A stretch of DNA of 63,513 nucleotides, counting the filler, from Bigelowiella natans CCMP2755 (taxonomy: Eukaryota > Protista > Cercozoa): the NCBI GenBank assembly GCA_000320545.1. It is 7 parts of 7 records of this genome, joined end to end, with 100 filler letters (N's around TTAATTAATTAA, not from the genome) between each part and the next. Parts side by side here need not be neighbours in the genome. Positions count along the whole stretch, not along the records: positions 35,296 to 57,654 come from ADNK01000360.1; positions 57,755 to 62,339 come from ADNK01003538.1; positions 62,440 to 63,513 come from ADNK01002803.1; 4 more parts are not named here. The stretch is one strand, 5' to 3'. Shown one piece after another: positions 57,046 through 63,513 of this stretch. Numbering within the stretch: the first letter of the stretch is position 1; the number at the start of each line of letters is the position of its first letter. Made by a program: the position numbers and the translations under genes. The notes under the pieces are model-generated. The model had not been told where the DNA came from and made no database searches. It saw only the letters and a program-made list of their open reading frames with translations.

Positions 57046-57489
57046 CTATAACACAACCAGCTCCAGGTCTGCAGTCTTGCCTGTGAAACTTGTCTTCAGG
57101 TCTATCACAGTTTGCTCCCCTTTCTTCCCAGCGATGTGCATCTTGATCTTGCCGGTTATTTTCTGCCCAAAATGAAATGGCCACGTTCAGAAATACGTAC
57201 ACATGCACGAACGCACGGCACACACACACACACACACACGCGCGCGCGCGCGTGCATAAAACTGTTGTATTTCTGTTCTCTGTGTCGCACCCTTACTACT
57301 CTACTACACCGACGACGACTATGACCACTACCTCTCCTTTGTTGAGGGGTATGGGTTCATCGAGGTACAGCACCGACTGCTTCCAGTGTGTGTAATGCTG
57401 CCGAGGGCCCGTGGAGAAGGTTATGTCCTTGTGCGACTTGGAGAACGACACATCGAAGTACAGCACTAGCGCGTGGCAGAAATCCCGTA
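57046..57489 (-). CDS. Type I protein arginine methyltransferase (PRMT1/3-like), last two exons
   Basis: Exon 57332-57489: DFCHALVLYFDVSFSKSHKDITFSTGPRQHYTHWKQSVLYLDEPIPLNKGE (THW loop). Exon 57046-57162 runs to a stop; the rest is lost at the gap. Confidence 0.88.
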
Positions 57490-57654
57490 CTGCATGTGAG
57501 AGAGTGAGGGGTTGGAGGGGGGGGGGGGGGGTTATTCACATTGTTGTTACCATCATTCTGTGCTCGCCCATCTGCTTGTCTCACAGAAACCGCAGTATTT
57601 TGTTATGTTTATTATTCAAAAAGAGGGGGGGGGGCTAAGGGGGGGGGGGGCCCC

Positions 57655-57754
57655 NNNNNNNNNNNNNNNNNNNNNNNNNNNNNNNNNNNNNNNNNNNNTT
57701 AATTAATTAANNNNNNNNNNNNNNNNNNNNNNNNNNNNNNNNNNNNNNNNNNNN
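57655..57754. other. Artificial contig spacer
   Basis: 44N-TTAATTAATTAA-44N. Confidence 0.98.
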
Positions 57755-58008
57755 TCGAGGCTGTATATCAAGAATCACTGAGTAATAGCAGTAGTAGCAG
57801 TAGTAATAGTTGCACAATGTATAAATCGTATAGCGAGAGATTGTGCTTATTTTCAATCCCAACTGCTCCTTCCCCCTTGCCCCCCCCCCTGCCGCCGCCG
57901 CCTCGTTCTAAATCATCGAAGGTCGTCGCTTAAACAGACACTGTTATCGGCGTGTTGACTAGCTTTTTGGTTTTTTCCCAAATTGTGCTGCTGGCCAATC
58001 ATCAATAG

Positions 58009-58175
58009 ATATTGCGAAGGGGGAAGCTTGCACGATGTCCTCAAGCAGTGCTCGCGAGCGATTCCAAGAGACACCGTGCTGAAGCTTGCGAACGGGATTT
58101 GTGAGGGCGTTTCGTTCCTGCACGCGCAGTCTCCGCCGATTATCCATGCATCGCTAAAGACCACGAATGTAAGGA

Positions 58176-58209
<34 letters not shown>

Positions 58210-59329
58210 GGGGGGGGGGGGGGGATGGGGATGATGTTGTTGACCCCTGCGTTTAACCCCCTTGGCGGGAGACGTGTGTCCGCGTGTTGTTCAAAATGTG
58301 CAAGTGCGCAATGTCGATCGGACTTGCTAACATATGCATATTAACACGTGCATACATTTAGCCACACATTGTACGTGTACTATAGGTTCTCGTCGGCACC
58401 GATTTAAACATCAAGATCACGGACATCGGTCTCCGAAAGATAAAGGCGTGCATGGAGGTTGCGAACACGCGAGTCCTCCTCTAATTAGCTTCTTCTTCTT
58501 CTTCTTCTTCTTCTTCTTCTTCTTCACGTGATGACATATGAATATCACCTTTTTACAGCTTACTAGCCTACAAAGGAGCTTCACGGCTTTTACCGCACCG
58601 GAGATTTTCTTCAGTCGACCCCCCACAGAGGCATCTGACGTAAGGATAAAGATCAGCGTACATAGAAGGGAGGGGGGGGGGGGGATGGGAGGAGAGTATC
58701 AAGTATCAATTATATATATGGATTTTAGCTTGATACGGAGGTGTATTATTGTTGTGGTTTTTTTCAGGCGTACTCATACGGGATGATATGCTGGGAGATT
58801 ATGACCAGGAAGCCTCCCTACGACAACAAGTATTTCATGTGGTGTTTCGATGGTGGGGGAAACTACTGTAACGATAATGCCTCGTTTCTCCGCGGATATT
58901 TCTAGCTGAGAGGGAGAAGCTATTCAACACAACGGGGTTTTCCCTCCTCCCATCTGTTGTGGCTGGTCGATTTTAATCGGCGGCTCGTTGGGAGCGACAC
59001 TGCTCTTTCCGAGCAGGCTGTTTTGTATGGCCAAGCTTTATTAGCGCCAAACTTGCTTGGAGTTGAACATATATCCTCATCATGCTGCAATTGGGTTTTA
59101 ACAGAAAAGGCTGGAGAGGCTCCTCCTCCTCCTCCTCCTCCTTAACCTCTTCGTCTCCTTCTTCTTCTTCTTCTTCTTCTTCTTCTTCTTCTGCTTCTTC
59201 TTCTTCTTCTTCTTCCCTACTCATCATAGGAGCATTCAATTCTTGAAAGATAATGTCGTAAGGCGAAAAATGCAACTCGAAATACCAAAGGAGGCAGAGA
59301 ATCTACCTAGGTGAGAGGATGGTTATGGT

Positions 59330-59364
<35 letters not shown>

Positions 59365-59467
59365 ATGCATCTCTGCATATGTGATATCATATGAAACATA
59401 TCAAATATAGCGAGTTCGTTGCGGACATGAAGGCGTGTTGGGAGCATAACCCGAATATAAGGCCAAG
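58009..59467 (+). CDS. Tyrosine-kinase-like (TKL) kinase domain, probable pseudokinase (partial; may continue to ~60352)
   Basis: YCEGGSLHDVL...GVSFLHAQSPPIIHASLKTTNV-LVGTDLNIKITDIGL...TAPE...EASD-AYSYGMICWEIMTRKPPYD...CWEHNPNIRP. Confidence 0.85.
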
Positions 59468-59954
59468 GTCAGATGGTGGTGGTGATGATGATGATGATAA
59501 TGACGATGATGATGGTGATGATGATGATTATTATTATGATGACGATGATGACGATGATAGCATGATTCGTCAAGATCAGCCAAGTGTTTAACACACATTA
59601 AGCAACATACTGCGGATCTAACACATCGTGCATATATCCCACAGAATGGCGGATTTAAAACGAAATTTAGACCGACTGTGCGAGTGGGATACGGTATGAT
59701 GTCGAGATTAGTAGTAGTAGTAGTAGGTGCTTCTCCTTCTTGAAAGGAGGAGCTTTTTAGGATTTGTCTTGTTCTGCTGCAGCAGCACCGCAATCATCTC
59801 TTATTACGCCTTACCAAACCACGATCGCCGTTTTCTTCCACGTGGCGAAACTCCCTCTCCCTCCATTTTCCAGATGAAATTGAATGGCGTCGTTGTTTTG
59901 GTGTTGCGTTGGCGTTTCTAGACGATGATGATCATGCAGTATAATCTAGGCGCG

Positions 59955-60025
<71 letters not shown>

Positions 60026-60041
60026 TATCACCTATACCACC

Positions 60042-60095
<54 letters not shown>

Positions 60096-61196
60096 CTATG
60101 TGTGTGTGTGTGTATCAGCCCGCGATTTCCTCCGCGACAAGCCCGGTTTCGTCTATTCGTTTTGAGGAGAAGTCGCACCTCGCAGTGAACAGCCATCGCG
60201 GGGAAGAATGTAAAGAAGCGGGGAGGGGCGGGGTCGTAGACACAACAATGGGATTAGTGAGAAGTTTCTTCTTCCAGAGCAACAGTAGTAGTGCCGATTA
60301 TCAATCCCATGGCAAGAGCAGCGACACTAGAAATCAAGGGAGTATTTCGTAGTTAGACTCATTCCCTTTGCAAAGTCGTGAATGCTTGTCACACCACTAC
60401 CTACGTCCATTGGTAGCACCATCCCCATCCTCACATCATGCTCATAGCCGGCTAGCATCTCACGGTGATGACAAAGCTGCATACGTGCCAGCGTGCTACG
60501 TGGTTGACTCATCGGATCGACAATCTGCTCTAGTGTTGCGTGTAGAGATTGATCAACCATGCTAGCATGTGCAAACAACAAACTGATGATGACTCACGCG
60601 TCTAGATCTAGAGATGGCTAGCAGATGTAGCCACGATTGCATGCATGTGCTGTCTGCGCTGCAGCTGCAGCTTGTGCACGTGCTGCGCCAGCGGAAATGC
60701 AAGCACTAGGAGCAGTCCGCAGTGATGACAGATGTCACACACATGCAAAGGCGGCGGAACAAGCTAGCAAGCACAAACGAAGTCAACCGTTCACTAGGAC
60801 TACTAGCCACAGCTAGACAGCGAAGCTGTCTAGCTAGCAAGCTGCAGCTGTGCTGGTGTGGCGCATCACACCTTCTCACGCGGGAAGTTGTGTGACCTAA
60901 CCTCGATGCACTTTTGCTCGATCAAATGAACAACTTTGCGAGCATGAATTGAGGAGGAGGAGGAAGAGAAGACCGTGTCAGGTTTGGCCAAGTGCAAGTT
61001 GAAAGGATGTGGTCTCACGTTAGCACGCGAGGACGTCGAACAAAGAGGCCATCGTTCTTTCTGGAAATCGGCGCAAAACCAGAGCACGAAGGAGGACAAT
61101 CGGGACCCTGCGACAATGAAAAATGGGCAGTTTTCGGTTGAGAAAATCGCAGAACGAGTGCGCACGCGTGCTCCCACAACTTCCGGCATTCCCATC

Positions 61197-61522
61197 TGTT
61201 GCGCGTAAGGTGTTCACAGGCCGAGGCGCTACGTGCACAAGTAGGCAGGGGGGGGGAAAGGCACGTTTGCTTCCTTTTGAAGAGTTGTGTTTATTTTTAT
61301 TAAAGATTATATTTTTATTAAATCGTGCACTGCGTAATCATTCGCGAAGCTTTCGCGAATGCCGCCGCACGTGGGGCAGCACACTTCCGGTGTGCTGCCA
61401 TGAGTCCCGCCGGAACCCACGTGCCTATGCTGTATTAATATCTACGTTATCTATATTCTATATCCGCGACAACCCCTTTGTTGTCGCACGTGACTTGTGC
61501 CCGCGTAGTGGTACGCGCTACA
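61197..61522 (-). repeat. 3' LTR (326 bp)
   Basis: TG...CA ends; identical by eye to 36640-36965. Confidence 0.95.
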
Positions 61523-61530
61523 CCTCCCCC
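61523..61530 (-). promoter_or_regulatory. Polypurine tract
   Basis: Minus strand GGGGGAGG directly abuts the TG of the 3' LTR. Confidence 0.8.
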
Positions 61531-61573
61531 AAGTCACGTTGCTCCTTCCTTCCTTCCTTATTCCCTTAGACCT

Positions 61574-62338
61574 TCATCGCTTTCGGAACTTCACCAACCA
61601 CCAGGTAATAGATTCCTCTCTAACCTTATCTCCTTTGTCGCTTACCCAGAACTCACCTTCGTCCTTAGGTTCGTGTCCATACCAGCCCTCTGCATCAAGG
61701 TCCCCCAGGACCTTATACCAGTGCTCAAAGGGTAAGTCGGGAACAGCTAGGTAGAGTAGCTGATATTTTCCGTCCTTTATTTTCATAGCTACCCTCTCCA
61801 TATTTCGTAATCCAGGGTAGCCTAGATAGACAATCTTCATGCGCCAATCGTCGTTCACCCTGACCTTATTGTTTCCATATTCCACATCGAACTTAGGTCG
61901 GGGTCCTAAACAAGGCATTGCTCGCTCCCACACAGTAGGGTTTACTTTAACATCCTCTAGGAGCTTCTCACCGATATCATAATTCTTTAGGTGACTGATG
62001 TGGCGCAAGGTGACCCTGTTCCCATCATAGATGTAGTACTGCTTCCTCCCCTTCCTCTCGGTAACCTTTGCAACGCCACCCCAGAAGGGGTCTTGTTTAT
62101 TTCTCGATCTCAGATTTACCTTGGCCCTAACATACAGTCCTTCCTTTAGAACTCGGCCATCGTACGGGACCTTCTCGTCTTCGCTCTCGGTATCGTCGTC
62201 GTTGTCGTCGCCTTCTTCCCTCTCCTTATCCTTGATACCTCCCCCAGACGTGAAGGTGTCGTTTACTAACCCTTGTATCTTGTCTGGTGTGGTGCTATTT
62301 ATCCTGCTTAGGTTGGCCAAGGTGCGGTGGAGTCGCTC
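61574..62338 (-). CDS. pol: Pol C-terminus: integrase core end + GPY/F (SH3-like) module + degenerate Dam-like methyltransferase domain
   Basis: The frame opens at the gap with ERLHRTL (third catalytic residue motif of DDE integrases). Then GLYVRAK...KQDPFWGGVAKVTERKGRKQYYI...RHISHLKNY (~61979-62149), then a ~127-aa extra domain (61574-61957). Confidence 0.85.
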   Translation of the reverse strand, partial: ERLHRTLANLSRINSTTPDKIQGLVNDTFTSGGGIKDKEREEGDDNDDDTESEDEKVPYDGRVLKEGLYVRAKVNLRSRNKQDPFWGGVAKVTERKGRKQYYIYDGNRVTLRHISHLKNYDIGEKLLEDVKVNPTVWERAMPCLGPRPKFDVEYGNNKVRVNDDWRMKIVYLGYPGLRNMERVAMKIKDGKYQLLYLAVPDLPFEHWYKVLGDLDAEGWYGHEPKDEGEFWVSDKGDKVREESITWWLVKFRKR

Positions 62339-62339
62339 T

Positions 62340-62439
62340 NNNNNNNNNNNNNNNNNNNNNNNNNNNNNNNNNNNNNNNNNNNNTTAATTAATTAANNNNN
62401 NNNNNNNNNNNNNNNNNNNNNNNNNNNNNNNNNNNNNNN
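62340..62439. other. Artificial contig spacer
   Basis: 44N-TTAATTAATTAA-44N. Confidence 0.98.
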
Positions 62440-62863
62440 AACCTCACCCGGTTGTGTTGGCGCAGACCCGACGGAGCGATGAGATAGGGATCCATATTCT
62501 ATTAATGATGATTGGACAAAATACAAGCTTGGGAGTGGAGGAGGCGTTGGTCGAGTAATGAAGAAGAACGAAGAAGAAAGCAATATAGAAAAACGTGATG
62601 CGGGTCTTTGAGAGAGAAAGGGGGGGGGGGAGGGGGTGGGGTGGGGGCCAAGCAGAGGAGGAGCAGCTATGGTTTTCACAAAAAAGTTAAAAAAACACCT
62701 AGAGAGCACTTACCCATGAAAAAACCTGTTCTTCCTTCATCATGCTCAGGTGTCACCGGGCTTTAAGTAATAAAGGCAGACGGATACTCTTTCCTGCACC
62801 CCCCCCCTGCCGGGAACCCCCAGTGTTAAGTTTGTTTTTCTTGTGTATCTCTTCCCCCCCCCC

Positions 62864-62902
<39 letters not shown>

Positions 62903-63513
62903 ATGTGTGTGTGTGTGTGTGATGAGAGAAAGAGAGTAGGAGAGATAGCGAGGAGTAGAGAAAGAGACGAGTGATATGATCTCCTCTAACATTCACTAGA
63001 AGGCAAATGCGTGCGGTAAGCATGCTACTTACGGTGCGGCTAAGCGCATGCATTAGACCATTGATTTATATGCAATACTACAACTCGTTGTGGGTGAGAG
63101 TCAATCTCTCCCTCTCCCCAACCCCCCCCCCCTCTCCGTGTTTCGATGGTCAGTGAGTCTGCACACCCCTGTTTTGGTGTCAAGCATGACAGAAGGAAAC
63201 CTGTGCGTAGTAGCAGCAGTAGTAGTAATTAACAAGAGTAGAAGATACTATAGTGATCTTTCTGTCTTTCTCTCGCGCCCTCCACCAACACCCCGCTCTC
63301 TCCTTACTCGATAATTTCTTGGTTCTGAAGTCTCTGCCCATCCTCACACCTGTGTACATGGGCGTCGTTCGGTTAGGTAAAGGTAAAGTGACATAATTGC
63401 ATGTGTGTGTGTGTGTGTGTGTGTGTGTGAGCTGTTAGTAATTCAAAATTGCTATTGACGCTGATTATCCGGCTGCCATATTTGATTTACTCGTCGTCGT
63501 CGTTGTTGTTGTG

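Larger units (their letters stand above)
61197..62339 (-). mobile_element. Same LTR retrotransposon family, 3' half (pol end-PPT-3'LTR), truncated by contig end
   Basis: Integrase C-terminus, stop, polypurine tract, then an LTR identical to 36640-36965. Confidence 0.92.

Overview
Eukaryotic (protist/alga-like) genomic DNA with many introns and dense microsatellites. It consists of 7 contig pieces joined by six artificial 100-bp spacers (44 N + TTAATTAATTAA + 44 N), so adjacency across spacers is not evidence of linkage. Most ORFs in the supplied track are microsatellite artefacts. I rebuilt real genes by hand from GT-AG exons, so exon boundaries are partly approximate. Recognisable genes: a DUF3405/glycosyltransferase-like type II membrane protein, a CID-domain (U2SURP-like) protein, a PNKD/glyoxalase II-like hydrolase, a JmjN-JmjC histone demethylase, a secreted laminin-IV-domain protein, a class II HDAC, a His-brace LPMO-like protein, TGS1 (with a 1-nt frameshift), a tandem Tudor-like/RanBP2-ZnF protein, the 3' end of a type I PRMT and a TKL-like pseudokinase. 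The best lead is a young Ty3/gypsy-type LTR retrotransposon family, seen as a 5' half (LTR-PBS-gag, 35296-36965) and a 3' half (integrase end-PPT-LTR, 61197-62339). The two 326-bp LTRs are identical and rich in hairpins. Where chromoviruses carry a chromodomain, its integrase carries a degenerate DIRS-type Dam-like N6-adenine methyltransferase domain. Also noted: TGCA/CATG/CTAG-rich 3' intergenic blocks and a MITE-like element.
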